From positions 35,154,001 to 35,218,000 of the forward strand of contig CM060733.1 of the NCBI GenBank assembly GCA_030704615.1: 64,000 nucleotides of DNA, written 5' to 3'. Origin of the DNA: Takakia lepidozioides. Lineage: Eukaryota > Plantae > Bryophyta. The notes under the pieces are model-generated. The model was not told where the DNA came from and did not search any database. It saw only the letters and a list, made by a program, of their open reading frames with translations. Positions 13,400 to 25,769 of this stretch are shown here, in pieces. A program made the position numbers and the translations under genes. Numbering within the stretch: the first letter of the stretch is position 1; each line of letters begins with the position of its first letter.

Positions 13400-15509
13400 C
13401 GCAGAGTCTCGCAGAGTCTAAGTGTTTATTTTTTCATATTTCCAAAATTGCTGGTGGGGCCACTTGTGAATTTCACCCGGTGCCCATGTGGCGAGAGTTA
13501 GAAAAGTGGCTTTATTCCAGGAGTCACGTTTTCATTGGTCCACGTCGGCAAGGCTCCTGAAATTTCTCCTGGTGCTTTTTGGTGAAAATCTCGGATTTTA
13601 CCCCCCATAATGCATTTGTACAAGTAGTTGACCGAGTTTCCGGGTCGAAATCTGGCGATTTTTCGCAAAAAAAACACTACCGAGCGTAAACTATAATCGT
13701 ATCTGTCGTGCGCATACATATTGCTACAGAACAACGCTGTCCAAAACCACACAACACATGTGCACGCCACACACTAGCATATCACTAGTCCACCACTAGT
13801 CCAACCACTAGTCCAACCACTAGGCTGCCACTATGCTGTCCACTATGGCAGTCACTAGTCCACACAATCGCCCCCCTAGCTGGTGCTTAGGTCCCTCTAA
13901 GTCCAGATAGCCACAAGATGTGATAGTGACCATAGCCTCACTAAGTCCTCCACCACTATCCCTACTACACTCAAAACTCGATAGATCAAGAGGCCGGGTG
14001 CAAGAGTTGCCCCATCATTAGTCGCCGTCTTGCAACCTATGAACTTGAGCTTGGGATCTCATGTATTGACTCCTATGAGTTTGGCCTCCCATGTCTTGTT
14101 AGCTGTCTCCAGTCATGTCCACTGCCACTATCCCAAGCAGTGTGGACACAACCAATCTCCGTCAGGAACCTTCTCAAGAGGTGGTGTCAAACATCCCATA
14201 TATCAACCCCTTGAGCATCGATCACACACCAACATGGTGGCTGCCCCTTTGGCAGACCCACAGAGCATGCACCTCAAACCTGCAGATACCACTGCCAAGT
14301 TTGGGTCAACTCTGCCATCGACATTGGGAAGGTGACATGGCGCACAATTACGCACATGGTCCTTCCAAGTCATGTCATCCCGATCCTCTAAGATCAGGAC
14401 CCATGAGGGCAACACCTCTCGAACCCTCAAAATAACACGTCCTGCAGTAACATCCAGAGTCGTAGGAGCAATCTGCTGCAAATAAACATAGTCACCAAGA
14501 CTAAACCTCCGAACCCCAGGACGATATCCTCCACCACGTATAGCAGCATACCTCAACGTATCACGGTGTTGTGCAATGGCAAGGTTCTCAAAAGCCATGG
14601 GCATGACTTTCTTGAACAACTCTGCACACTGATCACATGCACGTACTTACACGTCCGGATCGTCAAGGTTAAGGACTTGAGCAGTGTCCCTACGAATGGC
14701 TGCAGGCAAATCCGGCTCTCGGCCAAAGAGAAGGAAATATGGTGAGAAGGAGGCAAGTGATGCTTGTTTGCTGAACCTGTAGCCCATGGCTAACCAAGGA
14801 ACCTGAAGATCCCAATCTCCTAGGTGTCCCTTCTGCAAACCATACTTGCGCAAACCCCTCTTCACCGTCTGAACAACTCTCTCTGCCAAGCCATCGGCCT
14901 CAGGATGATCCCGAGAAGTGGTGCGGTGGTCTATCAAGGCTTTATCACACAAAGCCTGAAACTCCCCCAAGAACTCTCTCCCTTGGTCCGTGAGTACCTC
15001 AGCTGGAGCACCAAATCGGTTAAGCACACGATCCAAGAATGCATACGCAGCCCCCTCACTAGCCTTGTCAGGCAATGGAACCAACTCAATCCACTTGGAG
15101 AAGTGCTCCACCATCACCAACACATATCTGTGGTGGCGCATAGTCAGTGGCAACGGTCCTGTGAAGTCAAGACTCCACCTGTAGCCCAATCCCATGATTG
15201 ATAAAGGATGCAATTGTGGTGTAGAGGCGTTGAATGAAGCACGCACCCTGTCACACACCATGCACCTAGCCACGAACTGTTGCACCTCTGCATGCATACC
15301 ACGCCACCAATACTGCCCCTGCAGTAAACTGTGAGTGCGTCGCACTCCAAAATGCCCCAACTCCTTATGGGCATGCCGCACTAACCGTGCACGCTGTGTG
15401 GGGTGAGGCACAATCCTCACCCGACCATCCTCCCATACTCGGAGCAGGTGTATCCCCTCCCACTTGAACCTCTTGGCTCGTTGCAGGATCCGATCCCTCT
15501 CCCTGGCAG
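13400..15509 (-). mobile_element. Ty3/Gypsy 3' fragment: integrase with C-terminal PHD finger, PPT and probable 3' LTR
   Basis: ORF 14647-15420 has H(x)4GHFG...CMVC zinc finger and SLDF, LTDQGREF, DGLAER core motifs. PHD-like CMLC...CDRC...C...GDW-CPHC at 14137-14271. PPT AGGGGGGCGAT precedes TGTGTGG at 13866; the LTR far end is approximate. Confidence 0.85.
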
Positions 15510-18500
15510 TGTTAGGAGGCAGTCTGGGACTTAGGCATTTTTATGGGTTCTGTGGAGTCTGGGACTTAGACACTTCTATGGGTTCTGAGGGGTACCCTTA
15601 ATTTTTTGAGATAGCCCGTCACAGCCCGACACAGTCACAGACCGTCACAGCCATACACAGCCCGTCACAGCCCGTCACAGCCATACACAGCCCGGCACAG
15701 CCAGTCACAGCCCGTCACAGCCATACACAGCCAGTCACAGCCCGACACAGCCCGAAACAGCCGTCACATTCTGACACAGTCGCACAGTCAGTCACAGCTG
15801 TCATAGTCGTAGAGAACAGTTATCATGACAGGAAACGACTGTGGGGAACAACATCTGCCGGGGAACATGTAATTCACGGAGGACGGTTAGTGAAGGAAAA
15901 CGGTTAGAACAGGGGGGAAGGAGATAAAGCGGGCAGCGGAGACGGGAGATGATCACTTTTTGGGGGATGGAGATCACTGCTGGGGGACTTTAGCCACGGA
16001 GATCACTCCTGGGGAAGGACTAAGATCGAAGGAAGGGAAGCTGGCGAGGAGGAAGGAGATACTATAGGACAGAGTTAGTACGAGATGTAGGATTACTTAG
16101 ATGGATAGATTAGAGAAGTTAGGACATCAGCATGTATCCGATTATGATTAATCTGATTCTCATCCGATACAAACACCTTGTGTTAAGAAACTTGAATGAA
16201 GCTGTGTATGAATGAAATCAGGGGGCCCAAGAAGCAATCTGACGCTTAAAAAGATACCTGGTCATGATAAACAGGGAATATAAACTGATAAGGAATATAA
16301 TTGGAAACCCAACAATGATTCACTAGCTGCAGGTCATGACTGATTGTTTCACGCGGGCTGAATGCTTAGAGATATCCAACTCTTCTATCTTGGAGTTTCC
16401 CCCTCGGATAGCGAAGGGATGGGTGAGTAAAAGCCGTGTGACATTTGGCGACCATACTGGGGAACTGAGTCATGAACAACCAGATGTGACAGGCATCTGG
16501 TGGGATCATGGTGGTTGGAGGATTAAAGAATTTGAAGTGAATCAAATTCCCTGTGGAACGAAAGAAGAAAGATTGTCCAAACAATTCTTTCAAAGGTTCT
16601 TGGAATTGCCAGACGGTTGTAAAGAAAATATTCTTAAGCGAGTGCATGATGCTGATCCGGAATGGGGTTTGGAGAAAGGAGTGATAAAGATTTATCAGGT
16701 AGCCTGTAGAGGAAGAGCACGGTGGTTACCAACATTGGTTTATGTGATAGCCTTACTATCTATTAAGCGGGTAGAGTTTGAAAGTTGGGAGGAAAGGAAA
16801 GTGAATGTTTACACTCATATGCATGAGGAGCTTGTATTGGTAAAGAATTGGATTCCAAAGGATATCTTGTGGATCAAACTTACACCAAGAACAGCTTTTC
16901 AGACTTGTTTACCATATGGTTATATGGTAACGGAGACTTCCAGTATAGCCAGAGGTACATTGAAGCTGGAAAGAAACCCAGGCATATATGAGAGATACTA
17001 CAGGAGAGAATTTTGGTTGTTGCCACACTAAAAGAAATGAAAGATATGGGACATGAGTGATGAAAGAGAAGTTAGACTCCAAAGATATTTAGCAAAAAGA
17101 GAAAGTTATCTGAAAGCTCATTATCCATACATGTGGGAGAGAGGAATAGACATTGGGGAATCATCTGGACCTCTCACACCATTGAGATCAGGGAGTACAT
17201 CACCTATACCAGAGGAGCTAGAGTTGGATACCACACCTTCTTTTTCTTTGCAAGAAAGATTAAGGGACTTGGCAGAGGAAGAAGATCAACCACGAGGTGA
17301 AAGATCTGAGGTACATCCCTGGATAAAAGATTTGGCAGAAATCTTTGATAAGAGTTGGCATGGAACACCAAGAGCAGGAACTCCAGTTTCGGGAGCAGAA
17401 GAGGAGGATGCAGAACCAGCGGAGAGTTCAAACTCTCCAACATTATTACAAAATAGTTACATGAGTGAAGAAGAAGAAAACCAAGGAAAGAAATTGGAAG
17501 ATGGGGAATATGAAGAAGTAGACCCAGCAGCTGAGGTTGAGACTACAACCAGGACATCCCAACCCGTTGGACCTGGATCAAGTGGAGCACTTGGATCACA
17601 GGCCAACGAAGGTGTCGGCTCAGAGGGATCAGGCGAAAGACCTGGATCTGGCTCTGGGGGACAGGGAGTGTGGAAAGTAGTGCAACTGAGGCTGGGAATA
17701 CTGTGAATATAGAAAGGCCAGGAGCAGGAAGGGTTCAGGGGCCAGTAATTGGTGGAAGAACCACCATAAATACTACAGGTCCACAGGGACCAGCATCAGC
17801 CAAAAGGCCAACAACTGTCAGGGGGCAGGGTGTAGGGTCGCAGATGGCGTTACAACCAACACGGGCTAAACCACATTTTCCGATATATTCAGGGAAAAGG
17901 GATCCTGATGTACACATTAGCCAATTTGAGCACATGTGTATAGTGAACAATGAGAATGGCGATGATGCCAAGATAAGACTGTTTCCGTGTTCACTTATAA
18001 AGAAAGCCAGTGAATGGTATGCAAGATTCCCTGATAATCATTTCCTAACCTGGAATGGCTTGAGTACAGCGTTCCGAAATAGGTTCAGGACCAGTAAAAC
18101 TGAGGATGAAGTGTATAGGAGTTTACAGCAGCTGAAGCAGAAGAAGCATGAAACTGTTGAAGAGTATATGGAGAAAATGGAGTTGATGATGAAAAAGTTG
18201 GCTGCTATACCAGCACCAAGGCTTGGTTTGTGAATGGACTAAGGCCAGAGTTGCAAAAGAAAGTAGACATGTTACCCCACAATACAGTGGAGGAGGCATT
18301 TGAAACAGCAAACAGAATTGAGCAGTTGGGAATGCTCAGGAAGGAGAAAAGAGATGAAGAGGACTCTGAGGATGAGTCAGAAGAAGAAGAGGAGATGGAG
18401 CATAAAAAGAAGAATAAAAAGAAAGAAAAGATGAAGAGGGAAAATTATGAGAAGAGATTAGAAGAAATCTTGAAAAAGTATGTCACAGAGGCTGCAACAC

Positions 18501-21500
18501 ATTGGAGGAAGGGTGTTTGGTGTGCAAAATGTCAGAATGAAGGCCACACCATTACTGAATGCCACATGAAGGAGAAACACTGCACTATCTGTAAAATGGA
18601 TAACCATTCTACTGAGAATTGTTACTACAACAGAAGAACAGCAGTAAGAGAGCCTAGGCAGGTAAGGGTGCATCAAGTGCAACCCCAGCCAAGAAGAAAC
18701 AATGATCAAGACCACTATGGTAGGACAGGTGGTTATAACAATGGCATGGAAAGGAGAGGTAATCCAAGAGGGAATTACCAGCCAGGGAATCAGGATTACA
18801 GAAATAATCCCAGAACAGACCAAGGGCGAGGACCCAATGGAGAAGAACTGTGTTACTATTATAATCAGGCAGGACATCGTAAGGCGGCTTGTCCATTCTG
18901 GATCAGACACCAGAATGAGATGAGAGCTCCTAAGAATGAGGGGCTAGTAGTGGCAGCCCACATGGTTAGGCCATGTATTGTACCGGAAGTGAGTACAATG
19001 ATAGTAACAAGAAGCAGAGCCAAATTAGTACCTCCAGTGGAAGATGAAGTTGATGATAATGAAGATGGCAGTGATGTGCCTGAAGATGATGAGGCTTGGA
19101 GAGATGAGAAGGAACTGCACAAGGAAGTGGCGGATACCATACGGGAAATGCAGAAGAGTACTGATATTCCCATGGTAGACTCCTCAGACTCTGAAGGAGA
19201 AGAAGAAGTCAGTGAGGAAGAAGGAAAGAGGGAAGCCGCAGAAGTGCAGGGTAAGAAAGGGACATTGGCTGAAGTGATATGCCAGTCAAAGTGGAAATTA
19301 CCATTGGACAGCTATTAGCTGTGGCACCTTATTGTAGACACAGGCTGTATCAAGCAATCAACAGGATTGCCCATTTGACAGAGAACACAGACCAAAACAG
19401 CAAGGTGACCAGTTATAATGTGAGGCCAGAAGGGCAAGAAACAATCATGGATTTTGATGATTCTATGCCAGTTATCCAGTTGAGAATTGGAAGCACAGAG
19501 CTGGCAGATGTACTGATAGATGGAGGCTCTGGTGTGAATATCATGACAGACCAATTGAGGCAGAAGCTAGGTCTAAACAACATGAAACCAGTCCCATTTA
19601 CAGTAACCATGGCAGACCAAAAGAGTGTACAGCCATTGGGATTGATCAGAGGAGTTAAAATACAGATTCAAGAGATGATCTTTAAGATCACAGTAACTGT
19701 GTTGAAGATGAATGAAGTCCTGGAAGCTTATTCCTTATTGTTGGGAAGACCATGGCTGAAACAGGCCAAAGTGTCTCATGATTGGAATTCACAGTTACTG
19801 ACTGTGCAGGATGGGTTGAACAAGATACAAATCACCACTAAGAAATCTGAAAGACTATCTGCTACAAGAAGACCAAGAGGGGTCAGAGAGTATGATTGGA
19901 AAGAAGGACTGGATGAGGAACAGGAAGCTACTTTGTTCGCTGCACACCCAGAGTGGGAACAGGTTGCAGAGATGCAATTAGAAGGCCTGAGTTGTTTAAA
20001 AAGTATCTACTGTGGTGCAGTGACAACAACCTAATTGAGGAGGAAATAAATAGTTACCCACCACATTTTTATGATGAAAGGGAAGGAGAGATTGATATCC
20101 TAGAGGAACCAGCCACTGTAAGTCTACAGGATGAAATAGTAACTGGTTGGACAATCACAGCTGATGAGTAGGTGAGGGAAGTGAATGTGGGAACTCAGAA
20201 GGAACCAAGGATGGTGAAGGTAGGGGCGGATCTAGAGCCAGAATTCTTTGAGGAAGCAAAGAGTCTGTTCATTAAATACAGAGATGTATTTGCTTGGAGC
20301 TATGAGGATCTGAAGGGGATACCACCTGAGATCTGTCAACATAAGATTGAAACCAGGATCAATACCAGTTAAACACGCGAGATACAGGATGAATCCCAAC
20401 TATGCAGAGAAGGTTGGAGAAGAGATCAAAAAGTTGGCTGAAGCTAAATTTATATACCCGATAGAGTACACAACTTGGTTGTCACCCATTGTGATAGTCC
20501 CCAAGAAAAATGGCAAACTAAGAGTTTGTGTGAACTACAAGAAGCTGAATGCTTGTACAAGGAATGATCATTTTCCTCTACCATTCACAGAAGCAGTATT
20601 GGACATTGTGGCAGGCCATGAAATGTATTCATTCATGGATGGCTTCAGTGGTTATAATCAAGTACAGGTGGCAGAGGAAGATCAAGGAAAAACACCTTTC
20701 ATCACAGACTGGGGTGCTTATGCATACAAAGTCATGCCTTTTGGACTTTGTAATGCACCAGCAACTTTCCAGAGAGTTATAAGTGAATCTTTTCAGGAGT
20801 ACCTTGATGATTTCATGCAGGTGTTCTTGGATGATTTCAGTGTGTATAGCTCTAAGAGTGAGCACTTACATAAATTGGAGTTGTGTTTGGCCAGATGCAG
20901 GATGAGAGGTCTGGGCCTGAATCCAGAGAAATGTACTTTCTGTGTGAACTCAGGGGTACTTTTGGGACACATAGTGTGTAAAAAGGGACTTCTAGTGGAT
21001 CCCAGAAAGACGGAGGCCATTAAAGCCTCCCCACCTCCAGTAAATGCTAAAAGTCTAAGGAGATTCCTGGGACAAACCAACTACTACAGAAGATTTGTCA
21101 GACAGTATGCACAGATAGCAGCACCTTTGAGCAAACTTTTAAAAAAAGACGCAGTGTTTGCATGGACAGATGAATGTCAACAGGCTTTTGAGGAACTGAC
21201 ATTGTCAATGACAACTACACCTGTATTGATTAATCCTCACTGGCAGAAAATGTTCCATGTTCACTGTGATGCTTCAGGAGAAGCATTGGGAGCGGTGCTA
21301 GCCCAAAATGTTACAGGAATGATAGATTCACCTGTGTACTATGCTAGCCGATTAATGAACAATGCTGAAAGAAATTATAGCACAACAGAAAGAGAAGCAT
21401 TGGCAATGATCTATGCAGTGAAGAAATTCAGGCATTACCTGTTGGGTAAGAAGTTTATGTTCTATGTGGATCACCAAGCTTTGATATACTTGGTAAACAA

Positions 21501-22340
21501 ATTTCTGATAAGCGAAAGAATAGCAAGATGGTTGATAATCTTACACGAATTTGAGTTTGAGATTATTTACAAGCCTGGGAGGCTGCATCTTGTGGCGGAC
21601 CACTTGTCACGGTTATCAACAGGTGAACCAGCCACAGGAGTCGATGATCAATTACCAGATGCGAGCTTATTTGCCGTGGAGATGCAGGGAAGTGCAGATG
21701 ATTGGTTAGATTGGCAATGGCCAATCAGATATTATCTTACTCATGGTCAATGTCCACCAAGTTATGGGAAGGAGCAAAGAAAGAGAATTGTTATCAAGGC
21801 TTTACCTTACACTATGGTAGGAAGCAGAATGTATAAGCTAGGACCAGATGGAGTGCTGAAGCGATGCTTATACCACCATGAAGTTGATAAAGTTTTGGAA
21901 GAAATTCATAAAGGAGTGGCAGGGGGCCATTTTGGAGAAGAGACTACCAGTAGGAAGATACTACTTGTCGGTTACTGGTGGCTTACCTTGTTCAAAGATG
22001 TGCACAAGTATTGTAAAACTTGTGATGAGTGTCAGAGGCTAGGACCATTGCAGAGGTCTGGAAAGATGGCTTTGCATCCTACAATGCCTACTGAACCATT
22101 TCAGAAATGGGGACTGGACTTTGTTGGACCAATAAACCCACCAGCCAAGAATACACAGAACAAGTATATAATCACAGCTACTGATTATACTACGAAATGG
22201 GTGGAAGCTAAAGCTCTGAGGGACAACACAGCTAAGTCCACAGCCAGGTTCATGTATGAGAACATACTTACACGGTTTGGCTGTCCCCTAGAATTTATCA
22301 GTGATCAGGGAAGTCACTTCATCAATGAGACCATAGAACT
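15510..22340 (+). mobile_element. Ty3/Gypsy LTR retrotransposon (probably non-chromovirus), nested in the PHD-Gypsy, 3'-truncated within integrase
   Basis: 5' LTR TGTTAGG(15510)...CCCAACA(16314); capsid FPIYSGKRDP...LFPCSL...ASEWY...ETVEEY; three CCHC-type knuckles; protease LIDGGSGVN; RT YSFMDGFSGYNQ, MPFGLCNAPATFQR, FLDDF; RNase H CDAS...EREALA; integrase GHFG, WGLDFVGP, ISDQGSHF. Several stops and frameshifts. Confidence 0.93.
15614..15803 (+). repeat. 10-bp minisatellite (ACAGCCCGTC-like) inside the Gypsy LTR
   Basis: Tandem variants of cacagcccgt / cacagccata / cacagccagt. Confidence 0.85.
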
Positions 22341-24987
22341 CTTTCCCTTCGTCTGGCCAAGGAACTCTCCCCTTCCTAGACCAGTTCAGCAGAACAGAGC
22401 TCATGTGATGGTCGTTTAATGACCAAGAATATCCTGCTGGAGTTGAATCCCCATTTTCGAAGGCAAGGATGTCGTCTGCAGAGGATGGTGAGAAAGATAG
22501 AGAAGGCGATACTGGTGGTGAAGTACGCGGTCACTGCTCCTGGATATTACTCCCTTGTTAGCTGCAGAGCAAACATGCATACACCAATAAACATTTTCTC
22601 CAGTGGACAAGAAAAACAATTGACAAACAGAATTTGGCAGAGCTAAGATGATGAGAATCCCTCACCACGTTAATTAATGGTTCAGTGTCTGCAACAAATG
22701 GTGAAACCTTTGCAACATTTCTGTTCATAAACACAAGCTCCACTTTGTTCCCAACTGGAAATGTACCCCCTTGAAAATTTCAAAATTTCTTTTGCAAAAA
22801 TCTGAAATAGCAAGCAAGGGCCTTTAAGTTCAGTAAACTAGGAACAGTAGACGTTCTACAAAAAGCAAGAAAAGGATACGTAATCAGTAAAAACAGCTCT
22901 GGCAAACATTTCAACAGCCGACCCGAGATCCATGGTTTTAAGAGGAAGTTGATGGAACCAACTGCCAGTGTGCTTGGAAGTTGAGGAAATGTTAACAGCT
23001 TGTGTCACATTTATAACAGAAAAGCAGTAAAATTATACTCAGACCCTCCGCTGTAAGCTCAAATCAGATTGTAGACTATCATTTAATTAATGGTTCAGTG
23101 TCTGCAACAAATGGTGAAACCTTTGCAACATTTCTGTTCATAAACACAAGCTCCACTTTGTTCCCAACTGGAAATGTACCCCCTTGAAAATTTCAAAATT
23201 TCTTTTGCAAAAATCTGAAATAGCAAGCAAGGGCCTTTAAGTTCAGTAAACTAGGAACAGTAGACGTTCTACAAAAAGCAAGAAAAGGATACGTAATCAG
23301 TAAAAACAGCTCTGGCAAACATTTCAACAGCCGACCCGAGATCCATGGTTTTAAGAGGAAGTTGATGGAACCAACTGCCAGTGTGCTTGGAAGTTGAGGA
23401 AATGTTAACAGCTTGTGTCACATTTATAACAGAAAAGCAGTAAAATTATACTCAGACCCTCCGCTGTAAGCTCAAATCAGATTGTAGACTATCATTTCTA
23501 GACTCGTGCTGGACCTGATTTCAGCCTGGAGAACATTCCAAGCCTTCCTTGACTCTTCTTTGTTCTCAGCAATTCTCAGCACTTCCTGCACAGCATCACA
23601 AAGGCAGATATCAAACTCCAGTTCTGACCACAAAGGTGTAAAGTTTGACAAAACCAGTTATGCTTCTGCAGCCAATTGCTTAAAGTTGATAGAAGAGAGA
23701 TTGAGAAGCAAGATCTTGAGATGACGTACTCTCCACAAGCCTATAGAACATACCAAAACATGGAAAACTTGGGTCAGCATAAGGACGGAAAATCTTTGCG
23801 CATTTTTCCACATGGCATCATCCACATGCAGATTTAACAAAATGCGCTCCACAGACTTAGCTCATCATCCCCAACGAAGTGCTCAATTATTATGTACTCA
23901 TAAGACGACGTTTGCCGTAGCTCAATTATAGACTCCCAAAACAAGTCTTGGGTGTGGAAAAAGCCACTCTTGAGGATGAACAATGTTACTTAGAAGTGCA
24001 TGCATTAGATGTACTGGTATCCCATTAACAACACCAGGCTCTTTGACATGATTTGCAAAAACTTTCATCACTTAGCCATCTCTGATACACACAGCTGCAG
24101 TAGCACAACAAATTCAGGTTGTGGATGGACCAACTGTTCAATTACCTTGACTTCCAGCATTGCAAAAGAATTTCATTTCCACTGCTATTGGAAAACCTGA
24201 ATTCCTTGTCAGGTGACTAGTAATAACAAGGAATGGCCCAAACCTCTCAAAGTGCCAAGTACTCTTCCTCCATTCCTTCATTGTTGATCCAGAGATATCT
24301 TTGTTGTTAGTGTCCATGACCAATTCAATCGCTGTTGTGTGCCTCTAATTCCATCATCAACTGCAAAAGATGCACATTGTTCACTGGTTAAACAGAAATT
24401 GGACTGCTGCTGACATTGAAAAGGTAACTGAATAGCAATAGTTGCTCTCCCAGCATATATATTCCATAGTGTGCATTAGAGACTCTGAATCTGAGTATAC
24501 TTCACGGCTGGTAAATAGTAAGAAGGTAGCCAAGCAAGTTCACTCAAATACGCCGAAGGGGCATCCACATTGGGGTGGAAATGTGTGCTCACTCAGTGCC
24601 CAACCAAGGGCAACCATAGAATGGAGACTTCTGCACACGTTTGTGGAGGTTACAACCTGCCTTCACCAAAAAGGATCATCTCTAGCAAACTGAACAAGAC
24701 TCTTAATAACTCCACCAGGTCTCATAACTATCTGAAGAAAAAAGTGCAGGCAGCACCTAGTAACACATAATGGTATTGAAAATCTTGCTCAGGTGATGGG
24801 TCATCTTGCGAATAGCTGACATCAGGGGCATCAGAAGTAACAAAAGAAGGATCCGCATGACAGCAGCACTGCTGTTTCATCAGACGAGCGAACCTAAATG
24901 TTCTCATCATGGGCCCCTCTCTCTGTATCAGCTGTGAAGGAGACTCGAAATGAAATCCACTATCTTAGCAGTTTACTGGCAAGGACC
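22340..24987 (-). pseudogene. Second, diverged copy of the 3' part of the PIF1 locus, running into the gap
   Basis: 22470-24640 aligns by eye with 5150-6880 with scattered substitutions; it lacks the Copia insertion. Confidence 0.7.
22671..23496. repeat. 413-bp tandem duplication
   Basis: Units 22671-23083 and 23084-23496 appear identical; TT microhomology at the junction. Confidence 0.9.
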
Positions 24988-25487
24988 NNNNNNNNNNNNN
25001 NNNNNNNNNNNNNNNNNNNNNNNNNNNNNNNNNNNNNNNNNNNNNNNNNNNNNNNNNNNNNNNNNNNNNNNNNNNNNNNNNNNNNNNNNNNNNNNNNNNN
25101 NNNNNNNNNNNNNNNNNNNNNNNNNNNNNNNNNNNNNNNNNNNNNNNNNNNNNNNNNNNNNNNNNNNNNNNNNNNNNNNNNNNNNNNNNNNNNNNNNNNN
25201 NNNNNNNNNNNNNNNNNNNNNNNNNNNNNNNNNNNNNNNNNNNNNNNNNNNNNNNNNNNNNNNNNNNNNNNNNNNNNNNNNNNNNNNNNNNNNNNNNNNN
25301 NNNNNNNNNNNNNNNNNNNNNNNNNNNNNNNNNNNNNNNNNNNNNNNNNNNNNNNNNNNNNNNNNNNNNNNNNNNNNNNNNNNNNNNNNNNNNNNNNNNN
25401 NNNNNNNNNNNNNNNNNNNNNNNNNNNNNNNNNNNNNNNNNNNNNNNNNNNNNNNNNNNNNNNNNNNNNNNNNNNNNNNNNNNNNNN
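24988..25487. other. Scaffold gap (500 N)
   Basis: Run of exactly 500 N. Confidence 0.99.
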
Positions 25488-25769
25488 AATTGGGTTTGGA
25501 GTGACTTTGACATGATACTGCTAATGTGATAACAGGAAAGAATCCGAAAACAGGTAATAGAAGAGAAAATGTGTGGAATAAATACTTTGTTGACCCCAGT
25601 CCATGGTGGGACAACCAAGCAAAAAGTGGAATCCTGTTAGATGACAGAGAGTAGCAGACGCAATCAGGCATAGGAACTAGTGTGATTGGGTGTTTCCAGG
25701 GTATCACATGTCAGTTGCTAGCAGCAAGGGAAAAGATGAATGCATGATTTGTGCAGAGGCATGGATTTT

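Noticed and set aside
24898-25707. Long ORFs spanning the N run
   Set aside because: Artefacts of translating Ns.
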